Shown here: piece after piece, positions 1 to 8,750 of the stretch
Layout of the letters: every line of letters starts with the position of its first letter
How positions within the stretch are numbered: the first letter of the stretch is position 1
Assembly: GCA_964541615.1 (NCBI GenBank)
Contig: CAZIRA010000001.1
Coordinates: 2,095 to 66,094, forward strand
Direction: 5' to 3'
From: an uncultured Paludibacter sp.
Lineage (GTDB): Bacteria; Bacteroidota; Bacteroidia; Bacteroidales; Paludibacteraceae
DNA length: 64,000 bases
Translations under genes and position numbers: made by a program
The notes under the pieces: generated by a model
The model's database searches: none
Seen by the model: only the letters and a program-made list of their open reading frames with translations
What the model was told of the DNA's origin: nothing

Positions 1-381
1 TGTAATTGGCTGCTGAATTTTATATTCAAGTAAAATCGGCATTTGTATATACGACAAGTAGTTCTTATTATATGCAAGGTCATTATTATCAATAAATTTG
101 TTTGAATATCCTTTTTGAATAAAACCCGGTTCGACAGCGACAGCAGCTAAATCATTAATTGGACAGGATATGTATAAATTAAAATTATACGAAGGAACTA
201 TAAAATTTTTAGGAATACCAAGTTCTATATCAGTTGTGTACTCATTTTTTTCCGGGAAATAATTATATGCCGAAGCTAGTCCTCCACCTGCCTGAACTCC
301 AAATTTGAGACTTTGAGCACTCGTACTGAATGTTGAGTAAAGTAAAAAAAACACAATAAAAAGATTATTTTTTGACTTCAT
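1..381 (-). CDS. outer-membrane beta-barrel (porin-family) protein; C-terminal part lies beyond the window start
   Basis: Not in the ORF track because it runs off the edge. My reverse translation from ATG 381..379 reads MKSKNNLFIVFFLLYSTFSTSAQSLKFGVQAGGGLASAYNYFPEKNEYTTDIELGIP... and stays open to base 1. It has a signal peptide followed by an alternating beta-strand pattern. Confidence 0.55.
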   Translation of the reverse strand, partial: MKSKNNLFIVFFLLYSTFSTSAQSLKFGVQAGGGLASAYNYFPEKNEYTTDIELGIPKNFIVPSYNFNLYISCPINDLAAVAVEPGFIQKGYSNKFIDNNDLAYNKNYLSYIQMPILLEYKIQQPIT

Positions 382-448
382 CGTTTAAAGTGATTGATAA
401 TCTGCAAATATACTCATTTTATGCTAAAACCGCTGATTATTCTCACGG

Positions 449-844
449 TTATTGCCTGGAAAAAGTCAATTTATCGCCATCCACGTAGCCATTATCCAAA
501 GTCATTTCATTTTCCGTTTTTAAATAAAGATACTGTGTCCCATTAATTATCAAAGTCATGCTTTGAAATGTGGTAGAAAGCGAATTTTGCAACTGCAACG
601 AATAAGGATAATTGCCGTTGTTTATGTAATAATCACCTGAATTATTCCCCGTAACTGTAACTTCAGAACTGCCAAAGTCGAAAATAATATTTTTCGACGA
701 CAAATCTATACTCTGCTGTGCAAAAGCATTTTCAACTTTCATCAGCTTCCATTTTCCCTGAACATCGAGCGTTGGTGAGTTGTTATTACATGCAATGAAA
801 ACAACCACAATGAGTGCAAAAATTATTTTTTTTATCATTTTCAA
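449..844 (-). CDS. small lipoprotein, lipocalin-like
   Basis: 131 aa. Signal peptide with lipobox (VFIAC) and a GKWKL motif common in lipocalin-like lipoproteins. No closer family recognised. Confidence 0.5.
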   Translation of the reverse strand: MKMIKKIIFALIVVVFIACNNNSPTLDVQGKWKLMKVENAFAQQSIDLSSKNIIFDFGSSEVTVTGNNSGDYYINNGNYPYSLQLQNSLSTTFQSMTLIINGTQYLYLKTENEMTLDNGYVDGDKLTFSRQ

Positions 845-1004
845 AAATTAAGGGTTATATTCTTATAGATGATTTTTAACACGAAAACGTTGCATCGGTT
901 GACGTAAAAAGTAGTATATTTACAGATTTTTAACAGAAAAGCCACAAAAGATCGAAGAACGAAGCGTGAATTCAGAAGAATGATGAGTTTTTTTACAACA
1001 AATA

Positions 1005-1115
1005 ACTATCGTCTGAAGGACAACTATCAGCGAAGCTAATATCGTCCGAAGGACAAATATCGGCAAAACTACTATCGTCCGAAGGACAAATATCGGCAAA
1101 GCCAACTATCGCTCA
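1005..1115. repeat. 33-bp tandem repeat, 3 units plus a partial fourth
   Basis: TATCGTC(C/T)GAAGGACAA starts at 1007, 1040 and 1073, and a partial unit starts near 1107. Confidence 0.9.
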
Positions 1116-1139
1116 TAACACAAAAATCATTAAGCAAAA

Positions 1140-2540
1140 ATGAATTGGACTAAAAAACAAGTTTCCATCCTGCTGATTATTTCCATAACTTCTTTTATGG
1201 GAACTTTTCTGATTTCATCCATCAATATTGCCTTGCCTTCCATTGAAAAATCGCTTGGAATGGATGCCGTGATGCTGAGCTGGGTGGTCACGTCGTTTTT
1301 GCTTTCTACAGCCATGTTTTTACTTCCCGTGGGGCGCTGGGGCGACAATTCGGGCATAGGGAAACTGTATAAAATCGGACTGATAATTTTTACGCTCGGA
1401 TCAATTGCATGCGCTTTGGCTCCAACAGGAAAATGGCTTATCGTTGCAAGGTTTTTTCAGGGAATTGGTGCTGCTTTCACAAACACCACAGGTCAGGCAA
1501 TTCTCGTTTCGGCATTTCCTCCGCAACATCGCGGGCGAGTGATTGGAATCTCTGTATCATCGGTTTATCTTGGTTTATCGTTTGGTCCGTTTTTCGGCGG
1601 AATGCTCACACAGCAACTTGGTTGGCATTCAATTTTTGTTGTTAGTGCCTTGTTGGGATTAATTTCTACGTTGATAGCATTCCGTTTTTTGGATAAAGAT
1701 GAAGTGCAACACAACAAATCGGGTAATATGGATTTCAAAGGACTTATCACATTTATGCTTGGTCTGGTGTGTCTGGTGTACGGTTCCTCTCAGATTCCCG
1801 ATACGAAAGGTTGGCTGATAATGGGCGGTGGATTGCTATCGCTTGTTCTGTTCTGGATTATTGAAACCAAGGAAAAAATACCGGTAATCGACACGAAAAT
1901 GTACACCAAAAACCGTCTTTTTGCCTACTCGAATTTAGCTGCACTCATCAACTATTGCGCAACGGCTGCCATCGTATTCTTTTTGAGTCTTTACCTTCAA
2001 AAAGTACAGCAACTCACGCCACAGCAGGCAGGTCTTATACTGATTGCTCAGCCAATTATGATGACTGTTTTCTCGCCTTTTGTCGGACGACTATCCGATA
2101 AGTTTGAGGCGCGCTATTTTGCAACTATTGGAATGGCAATGTGCAGTATAGGATTGGCATCGATGGCATTTCTGACAAGTGAAACCCCGCATTGGATTAT
2201 CGTTGCTATCTTGCTATGGGTGGGACTGGGATTTGCACTGTTTTCATCGCCAAATATGAACATCATCATGAGTTCAGTGGATCGCTCACAGTACGGACAA
2301 GCGTCAGGTTCGGCTGCATCCATGCGGATTATCGGGCAGATTATCAGCATGACGATTGTTACCTTGCTTTTTGCCGGAATGTTTGGTGGAAATGGAATAA
2401 ACGAAGTTACAAATTCGATTTTTCTCAAAGCAATGAAATGGGGATTTCTGACTTTCGCCGGAATTAGTTTAGTGGGAATTTATTTTTCAGTAAAGAGAAG
2501 CCCCCACCAAACCTCCCCCTCAAGGGGAGGCTTTAAGTGA
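1140..2540 (+). CDS. MFS transporter, DHA2/EmrB-like drug:H+ antiporter family
   Basis: 466 aa, hydrophobic throughout, with MFS motif A (VGRWGDNSGIGKL). The last ~13 codons (SPHQTSPSRGGFK) lie inside repeat element copy A. Confidence 0.85.
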   Translation: MNWTKKQVSILLIISITSFMGTFLISSINIALPSIEKSLGMDAVMLSWVVTSFLLSTAMFLLPVGRWGDNSGIGKLYKIGLIIFTLGSIACALAPTGKWLIVARFFQGIGAAFTNTTGQAILVSAFPPQHRGRVIGISVSSVYLGLSFGPFFGGMLTQQLGWHSIFVVSALLGLISTLIAFRFLDKDEVQHNKSGNMDFKGLITFMLGLVCLVYGSSQIPDTKGWLIMGGGLLSLVLFWIIETKEKIPVIDTKMYTKNRLFAYSNLAALINYCATAAIVFFLSLYLQKVQQLTPQQAGLILIAQPIMMTVFSPFVGRLSDKFEARYFATIGMAMCSIGLASMAFLTSETPHWIIVAILLWVGLGFALFSSPNMNIIMSSVDRSQYGQASGSAASMRIIGQIISMTIVTLLFAGMFGGNGINEVTNSIFLKAMKWGFLTFAGISLVGIYFSVKRSPHQTSPSRGGFK

Positions 2541-2614
2541 GTGCAATTAATTATTTCAATATATATTTATCAACTTTTTAATTCTTTAAATTCTCCTTTA
2601 GGGGTTAGGGGCTT
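2499..2614. repeat. REP/MITE-like inverted-repeat element, copy A
   Basis: Left arm AAGCCCCCACCAAACCTCCCCCTCAAGGGGAGG. Right arm CTCCTTTAGGGGTTAGGGGCTT, which is the reverse complement of the same C-run/G-run pattern. The core is AT-rich. Confidence 0.75.
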
Positions 2615-2620
2615 ACTTAT

Positions 2621-3277
2621 ATGCTTACATTTATCATCATCGCCATCACTTCATTTATCTCATACCGAGCGTTTAACAATCAGGCTTTGGCCGAGAAACT
2701 CATTTTCTATCCGCCCGCGGTAAAGCGAAACGGTTGGTACCGGCTTTTTTCTTACGGAGTGCTTCACGCGGACTACACACACCTGATTTTCAATATGCTG
2801 ACTTTATTTATTTTCGGGACGTATATTGAGCGATTTTTCAAATCTACATTGGGTGAAACCGAAGGCGGTATTTGGTATATAGTGCTGTATGTTACGGCAC
2901 TCTTCATATCTATTCTGCCAACCTATATCAAACAAAAAGACAACCACTACTACCGGGGATTGGGCGCATCCGGTGCGGTCTCGGCGGTGGTTTTTGCCTA
3001 TATTCTGATAAATCCGATGAGTTTTATGGGCATTATGTTTATCCCGATTATGCTTCCTGCGTTTCTTTTTGGGATAATTTACGTGGTGCTTTCCATTTAT
3101 TTGGAGAAAAAGCAAGCAGGCAATGTAAACCATTCGGCGCACATTGCAGGTGGAATCTACGGAATTTTATTTGTAACGATTTTATTTTCAGTATTGATTA
3201 AGGCGAATATGCTGTCGCATTTTTTCAGTCAAATAAAAATTGATTCTATTGGTGATTTATTCCATTTTGGATATTAA
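2621..3277 (+). CDS. rhomboid family intramembrane serine protease
   Basis: 218 aa polytopic protein with the catalytic GxSG (GASGAVSAV) and the His motif (HSAHIAGGIYG). Confidence 0.85.
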   Translation: MLTFIIIAITSFISYRAFNNQALAEKLIFYPPAVKRNGWYRLFSYGVLHADYTHLIFNMLTLFIFGTYIERFFKSTLGETEGGIWYIVLYVTALFISILPTYIKQKDNHYYRGLGASGAVSAVVFAYILINPMSFMGIMFIPIMLPAFLFGIIYVVLSIYLEKKQAGNVNHSAHIAGGIYGILFVTILFSVLIKANMLSHFFSQIKIDSIGDLFHFGY

Positions 3278-3294
3278 TTCATCACATAGAACAT

Positions 3295-3323
3295 AAAAAA
3301 ACCGACTAAAGTCGGTTTTTTTA
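3295..3323. terminator. bidirectional rho-independent terminator (rhomboid / yceI-like)
   Basis: AAAAAA-ACCGAC-TAAA-GTCGGT-TTTTTT between convergent genes. Confidence 0.8.
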
Positions 3324-3341
3324 TTCTATTCAACTATATTT

Positions 3342-3908
3342 TTATTTCTGCTCTTTGAATTCCAGATACAGATAAATAGTTACATCTTTACCAACTGATG
3401 TCAGATCCGGATCATATGCTACGTTGTAGTCAAAACGGTTGATAGTGGTTTTAGCAGAAAAACCGTGGATTTCGGCACCATCCTTAGCTTTGTTTTTCCC
3501 ACCCATTTTCACGTCAAAAGTTACCTGACGAGTTACGTCTTTAATGGTCAAATTTCCAGTCAGTTTGTATTTCTTCCCTGATTTTTTGAAAGAAGTGCTG
3601 GAAAATGTCATATGAGGAAATTTTTCCACCTCAAAGAAATCTGCACTCCGCAAGTGATTGTCCCTCGGCGTCACGCTCGTGTTGATGCTGTTAACATCTA
3701 CCGTAAAATCTACTTTTGCAGTTTTGAAATCAGAACCTGTAATTATACCGTCGAATTTTTCAAATTTTCCATTTACAAAACTAATTCCCAGGTGCTTTAC
3801 TTTGAAATTGATGGAACTGTGGTATGGATCCACTTTATAGATTGTCTGTGAGAACAATCCGCTGCTAATAAAAAGTGCTGACAAAAGCACAAATAAACTT
3901 TTTTTCAT
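3342..3908 (-). CDS. YceI family periplasmic protein
   Basis: 188 aa. Signal peptide, then YKVDPYHSSINFKVKHLGISFVNGKF, typical of the YceI-like domain. Confidence 0.85.
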   Translation of the reverse strand: MKKSLFVLLSALFISSGLFSQTIYKVDPYHSSINFKVKHLGISFVNGKFEKFDGIITGSDFKTAKVDFTVDVNSINTSVTPRDNHLRSADFFEVEKFPHMTFSSTSFKKSGKKYKLTGNLTIKDVTRQVTFDVKMGGKNKAKDGAEIHGFSAKTTINRFDYNVAYDPDLTSVGKDVTIYLYLEFKEQK

Positions 3909-4157
3909 ATATTTTTTTTTGAATTAATAATTACTTATTTTTACAGAGTAACAATGAGAATGAACAATTGGTTTCATAATTATTTTTTATATGACATTCA
4001 AAAACCTGATACAGCTACTTTTATAAATTCTCAACGTACATTTAACGCTAAAACAAACACCTGATAATCAGCAAAATAATATCACTTATAAATTCGGCAC
4101 ATAATTTGCTTTTAACATAATACAAAAAAGGAATTAACCCTTTAATAAATTCACATC

Positions 4158-5087
4158 ATGAAAAAATTATTACTTAAATCGGCAGTTGCAGCAATGGTAG
4201 TATTTTCTGCATTTTTCTTTTCAGGTTGTGGTACCTACTACGGTGCTCCTCAATCAAGCAGTGTTACTGTATATGATTATGCATACAATAATCCGATTTG
4301 GGCACCGACTTACTATTCGGGCGCTCGTTACTACTATTTCCCTGACATTGAGTGCTATTACGATCTGGCAACCCGCGACTTCGTTGTGTTGAACATGGGT
4401 CAATGGATATTTGTTCCGTCGATTGCACCATTCTACTCCACCTACGACTTATTTAACAGCTACATCATTGTAGTAAACACGAGAGTTTACCAACCCTGGA
4501 TGCACCATCACTACTATGTGAGAAGCTATCCAAGATACTACTACATAGACTATTACGACTACAGCAATATCCCTTACGTGCGTGGTTTCAATGAAAACCA
4601 AAAGGGAGCTATCTACTATAACGACAACGAGCGTCAGAAAGCCAGACCTTGGGACGACCGCAATATCCGCAGCAACCGCAACTTCACTTATTCAAGTGCA
4701 GACCGTCGCGTACAGCAAGAAACCACAAGAAAGGTGAATCAGGAACGTGCAACTAACGTGGACAGAACCCGCACTACTACTGCTCCTACCGGAACACGCC
4801 AAACTTCCACTACGGCTACAACTCCGACTCGTACCTCTACTACGACCCGCGATGCTTCTGTAACTACACCGACTCGTTCTTCGTCAACTCCGACAAACAG
4901 AACGCAGACTCAGCAGACTACGACAACAAGACGTTCGAATACGAATTACTACGGAAACGAAATCGGAAATCCAGTACGTGTAGAACCACAAATGCGCAGA
5001 TCTGAAAGTACAACTACTAGAAGTTCAGGAACGACCACAGCTCCTGCCCGCTCCAGCTCCAGTTCAAGCACAGATTCAAGAAGATAA
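4158..5087 (+). CDS. lipoprotein with a Tyr-rich domain and a Thr/Ser/Arg-rich disordered tail
   Basis: 309 aa. Lipobox FFFSGC, very Tyr-rich N-terminal half, and a low-complexity T/S/R tail over about the last 120 aa. Confidence 0.6.
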   Translation: MKKLLLKSAVAAMVVFSAFFFSGCGTYYGAPQSSSVTVYDYAYNNPIWAPTYYSGARYYYFPDIECYYDLATRDFVVLNMGQWIFVPSIAPFYSTYDLFNSYIIVVNTRVYQPWMHHHYYVRSYPRYYYIDYYDYSNIPYVRGFNENQKGAIYYNDNERQKARPWDDRNIRSNRNFTYSSADRRVQQETTRKVNQERATNVDRTRTTTAPTGTRQTSTTATTPTRTSTTTRDASVTTPTRSSSTPTNRTQTQQTTTTRRSNTNYYGNEIGNPVRVEPQMRRSESTTTRSSGTTTAPARSSSSSSTDSRR

Positions 5088-5110
5088 TTTGTAAAACAAT
5101 ATCTCTCCTT

Positions 5111-5144
5111 AAAAGCGAAATCGAAAGGTTTCGCTTTTTATTTT
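5111..5144 (+). terminator. rho-independent terminator after the Tyr-rich lipoprotein gene
   Basis: AGCGAAA-TCGAAAGG-TTTCGCT followed by TTTT. Confidence 0.75.
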
Positions 5145-5222
5145 CACTTTATATTCTCAAAACACACCAAAATGACTTCAATTTCAAACCGCATAACCCA
5201 CTCAAAATCAAAATTTAATTCG

Positions 5223-5230
5223 TACCTTTG
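5223..5230 (+). promoter_or_regulatory. Bacteroidota -7 box (TAnnTTTG) for pnp
   Basis: TACCTTTG about 40 nt upstream of ATG 5273. Confidence 0.5.
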
Positions 5231-5272
5231 CACACGAAATTTTAAAGTTTAAAATAAATTAATGTAATTTTT

Positions 5273-7426
5273 ATGAATGTAGTTACAAAAACCATCACAA
5301 TGGGTGATGGAAGAGAAATTACGATTGAGACCGGCAAACTGGCAAAACAGGCTGACGGATCAGTAGTAGTTCGCATGGGCAATACCATGCTTTTGGCTAC
5401 CGTATGTGCTGCAAAAGATGCAGTACCGGGAACCGATTTTATGCCTTTATCGGTAGAATACAAAGAAAAATACGGTGCTGCCGGACGTTTCCCGGGTGGA
5501 TTTACACGCCGTGAAGGTCGTGCATCAGATTACGAAATCCTGATTGCCCGACTGATTGACCGCGCTTTGCGTCCATTGTTTCCTGATGATTATCATGCAG
5601 AAGTTTTCGTAAATGTGAACCTGATTTCTGCTGACGGTGTTGATATGCCTGACGGACTTGCCGGATTGGCGGCTTCCGCCGCATTGGCTGTTTCTGACAT
5701 ACCTTTCCACGGACCAATTTCTGAAGTTCGCATCGGAAGAATCAACGGTGAATACTTGGTAAATCCCACTTTTGCACAAATGGAAAACGCTGACCTAGAC
5801 ATTATCGTTGCTGCTACTATAGACAACATCATGATGGTGGAAGGCGAAATGAAAGAGGTAAGCGAAGCCGAACTCCTTGAAGCTATCCGCATTGCACACG
5901 AAGCTATCAAAGTTCAGTGCCAGGCGCAAATTGAACTGATGGCTGAGGTAGGAAAAACTAAAAAACGTGAATACAACCACGAAAACAACGACGAAGATCT
6001 GAAAAAAGATATCTGGGCAAAAACATACGATAAAGTTTATGCAGTTGCTGCTTCATGCAATGCTGACAAACATTCACGCATTGAAAATTTCGAAGCCGTA
6101 AAAGCTGAATTCATCGAAAGCCTTGATCCTGAAGTTGCAGAAGAAAAGAAAGAACTTATCGGAAGATACTACCACGCTGTAGAAAAAGAAGCGATGCGCC
6201 GTTCTATTTTGGATGAAGGCAAACGCTTGGACGGACGTAAAACAACTGAAATCCGCCATATATGGTCAGAAATTGATTATCTGCCGGGAGCACATGGTTC
6301 AGCTGTATTTACTCGTGGTGAAACTCAATCACTTACAACCGTAACATTGGGTACAAAAATGGATGAAAAAATCATCGACGAAGCACTTATCAAAAGTAAA
6401 GACCGCTTTTTGCTGCACTATAACTTTCCACCGTTCTCAACAGGTGAAGCTCGTCCGCAACGCGGCGTTGGTCGGCGTGAAATTGGTCACGGAAACTTAG
6501 CTTACCGTGCATTGAAACCGATGATTCCTGCTGACTATCCTTACGTAGTACGCGTAGTTTCAGATATTTTGGAATCAAACGGTTCTTCATCTATGGCTAC
6601 TGTTTGTGCAGGAACATTGGCACTGATGGACGCTGGCGTTCAAATCAAAAAACCAGTTTCTGGTATTGCCATGGGATTGATTTCTGAAAATAAAGGTCAG
6701 AATTATGCAATTCTTTCTGATATTTTGGGAGATGAAGACCACTTGGGTGATATGGACTTCAAAGTAACAGGAACCCGCGATGGTATCACTGCTACTCAGA
6801 TGGACATCAAAGTGGACGGACTTTCATTTGAAATCCTTGAAAATGCACTGAACCAAGCAAAAGCTGGACGTATGCACATTTTAGACAAAATCCAAGAAAC
6901 GATTACCGAGCCACGTGAAGACTTGAAACCACATGCTCCACGCATCATTGTGATGTTTATCCCGAAAGAATTGATCGGTGCTGTGATAGGCCCTGGAGGT
7001 AAAATCATTCAAAATATCCAGGCAGAAACAGGAGCAGTAGTTTCTATCGAAGAAATCGGCGAACAGGGTCGTGTAGAAATAGCTTCTGCCAATAAAGAAT
7101 CACTGGATGCAGCAGTTGCTAAAATCCGAGGTATCGTTGCTATTCCGGAAGTGGGCGAAATTTACAATGCCAAAGTCAAATCGATTATGCCTTACGGTGC
7201 ATTCGTTGAGTTTATGCCGGGTAAAGAAGGCTTGCTTCACATCTCTGAACTGAAGTGGGAACGCGTAGAAACGATGGATCAGGCCGGTCTGAAAGAAGGT
7301 GAAACGATTGAAGTAAAACTGCTTGATATTGACCAAAAAACAGGTAAATTCAAACTTTCTCACAAAGCTTTACTTCCAAGACCTCCGAGAGAAGAGAGAC
7401 CTCCTCGTGAGCCAAGAAGTGAATAA
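5273..7426 (+). CDS. pnp: polynucleotide phosphorylase / polyribonucleotide nucleotidyltransferase
   Basis: 717 aa with two RNase PH domains, a KH domain ([11 protein letters not shown]) and an S1 domain ([20 protein letters not shown]). Confidence 0.97.
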   Translation: MNVVTKTITMGDGREITIETGKLAKQADGSVVVRMGNTMLLATVCAAKDAVPGTDFMPLSVEYKEKYGAAGRFPGGFTRREGRASDYEILIARLIDRALRPLFPDDYHAEVFVNVNLISADGVDMPDGLAGLAASAALAVSDIPFHGPISEVRIGRINGEYLVNPTFAQMENADLDIIVAATIDNIMMVEGEMKEVSEAELLEAIRIAHEAIKVQCQAQIELMAEVGKTKKREYNHENNDEDLKKDIWAKTYDKVYAVAASCNADKHSRIENFEAVKAEFIESLDPEVAEEKKELIGRYYHAVEKEAMRRSILDEGKRLDGRKTTEIRHIWSEIDYLPGAHGSAVFTRGETQSLTTVTLGTKMDEKIIDEALIKSKDRFLLHYNFPPFSTGEARPQRGVGRREIGHGNLAYRALKPMIPADYPYVVRVVSDILESNGSSSMATVCAGTLALMDAGVQIKKPVSGIAMGLISENKGQNYAILSDILGDEDHLGDMDFKVTGTRDGITATQMDIKVDGLSFEILENALNQAKAGRMHILDKIQETITEPREDLKPHAPRIIVMFIPKELIGAVIGPGGKIIQNIQAETGAVVSIEEIGEQGRVEIASANKESLDAAVAKIRGIVAIPEVGEIYNAKVKSIMPYGAFVEFMPGKEGLLHISELKWERVETMDQAGLKEGETIEVKLLDIDQKTGKFKLSHKALLPRPPREERPPREPRSE

Positions 7427-7444
7427 TTTAATTTTTTTCATACT

Positions 7445-7482
7445 AGCACAGCCACAGTTTGAAACTGTGGCTGTGCTTTTTA
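7445..7482 (+). terminator. rho-independent terminator of pnp
   Basis: 15-bp stem AGCACAGCCACAGTT / AACTGTGGCTGTGCT followed by TTTTT. Confidence 0.85.
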
Positions 7483-7598
7483 TATACAGCTATAAAGTAA
7501 AATTAAATTGAATTATTTATGGCAAACAAAAAAAACAGCCACTCATTTGAGCAGCTGTCTTAGTTGAAAATTCAATCGTTTGGAAAATCGATTGTCAT

Positions 7599-8483
7599 TT
7601 ATCCGTAGATAATATTTCCTTTATCGTCTTTGAATTCTTTGAATTTTTCGTCAGCTTCCGGGCAATCAAAACTCTTCAGGTACTGCTCCATAGCGCGGTA
7701 ACTCATACCCATGCTGGAAAATCCTCCGTCGTGGAAAAGATTCTGCATAGTCACTTTTTTGGTCAAATCGCTGAACATTACCATACAATAATCGGCGCAG
7801 TCATCAGCAGTTGCATTTCCAAGCGGAGCCACACGTTCCGAGAAGTCCACCAAACTGTCGAAACCTTTCACACCGCTTCCGGCAGTAGTCATGGTAGGGG
7901 ACTGAGAAATGGTATTCACACGCACATTGCGTTCACGGCCGTAGATATATCCAAAACTGCGTGCGATGCTTTCAAGCATTGCTTTGGCGTCTGCCATATC
8001 ATTGTAACCGTAGATGGTGCGCTGAGCGGCCATGTAAGAAAGTGCAACCACTGAACCACCATCAGCGATTGCGTCCATTTTTTTTGCAACCTGCATCATT
8101 TTATGGAAAGAGATAGCAGAAATATCTAATGTTGTAGAGAGCATATCATAGTCAAGATCGTCGTAAGTGCGTTTTTTGCGAACGTTTGGCGACATACCAA
8201 TGGAGTGCAGCACGAAATCAATTTTCCCACCCAAAGTTTCCATCGATTCCTTGAATACATTTTCAAGGTCTTCTACCGAGGTAGCATCAGCCGGGATAAG
8301 CCTGGCGTTCAGTTTTTCGGCTAATTCGTTTGTTGTGCCCATCCGTACTGCAAGAGGCGTATTTGAAAGCGTGATAATTGCGCCCTCTTCTACGGCACGT
8401 TCCGCTACTTTCCAAGCAATTGACATATCATTCAATGCTCCAAATACAATCCCTCTTTTCCCCTTTAATAAGTTATGACTCAT
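7599..8483 (-). CDS. fabI: enoyl-[acyl-carrier-protein] reductase (NADH), FabI type
   Basis: SDR fold (GKRGIVFGALNDMSIAWK) with a Tyr/Lys active-site region (SYMAAQRTIYGYNDMADAKA). I place the start at ATG 8483 (MSHNLLKGK), not the upstream in-frame ATG 8540 used in the ORF track. Confidence 0.9.
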   Translation of the reverse strand: MSHNLLKGKRGIVFGALNDMSIAWKVAERAVEEGAIITLSNTPLAVRMGTTNELAEKLNARLIPADATSVEDLENVFKESMETLGGKIDFVLHSIGMSPNVRKKRTYDDLDYDMLSTTLDISAISFHKMMQVAKKMDAIADGGSVVALSYMAAQRTIYGYNDMADAKAMLESIARSFGYIYGRERNVRVNTISQSPTMTTAGSGVKGFDSLVDFSERVAPLGNATADDCADYCMVMFSDLTKKVTMQNLFHDGGFSSMGMSYRAMEQYLKSFDCPEADEKFKEFKDDKGNIIYG

Positions 8484-8559
8484 AATTTTTATTTTAAAGT
8501 TGTTTGTGTTAATAAACATTTCCTTGCAGAAATAGTTCATTCATTAAATTATTTAGGCA

Positions 8560-8567
8560 CAAAATTA
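8560..8567 (-). promoter_or_regulatory. -7 box for fabI
   Basis: Reverse complement TAATTTTG, ~75 nt upstream of ATG 8483. Confidence 0.4.
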
Positions 8568-8700
8568 CTAAATGTGTGCAATACCTGAAAATAAATCGGC
8601 AATTATTTGCTTATTTTGATAAGTAGAGTTGACAAAACGAGTGATTTAATCAGATAGTTAGAAATTTACCGATCTTATTAAATATTAGACTTTTGTTTTG

Positions 8701-8708
8701 TATATTTG
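8701..8708 (+). promoter_or_regulatory. -7 box for rmuC
   Basis: TATATTTG about 40 nt upstream of ATG 8751, with TTTG motifs further upstream. Confidence 0.5.
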
Positions 8709-8750
8709 TTGGATTGTTTTGATTTTAATGACACAACTTATATTCTGAAT

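Noticed and set aside
920-1105. A 61-aa ORF with the repeated peptide LPIFVLRTI.
   Set aside because: It is the reverse-frame translation of the 33-bp tandem DNA repeat (33 bp = 11 codons). It has no start context or coding signature.
8706-8750. TTG-initiated N-terminal extensions in the ORF track (rmuC 8706, ccsB-like 29845, GNAT 32345, sulfatase 36924, POT transporter 60244) and the upstream in-frame ATG for fabI at 8540.
   Set aside because: In each case a downstream ATG gives a canonical N-terminus (a TM or signal peptide, or a conserved start). In the one case checked (rmuC) the extension overlaps a putative -7 promoter box, and the ccsB-like extension lies inside repeat copy B.
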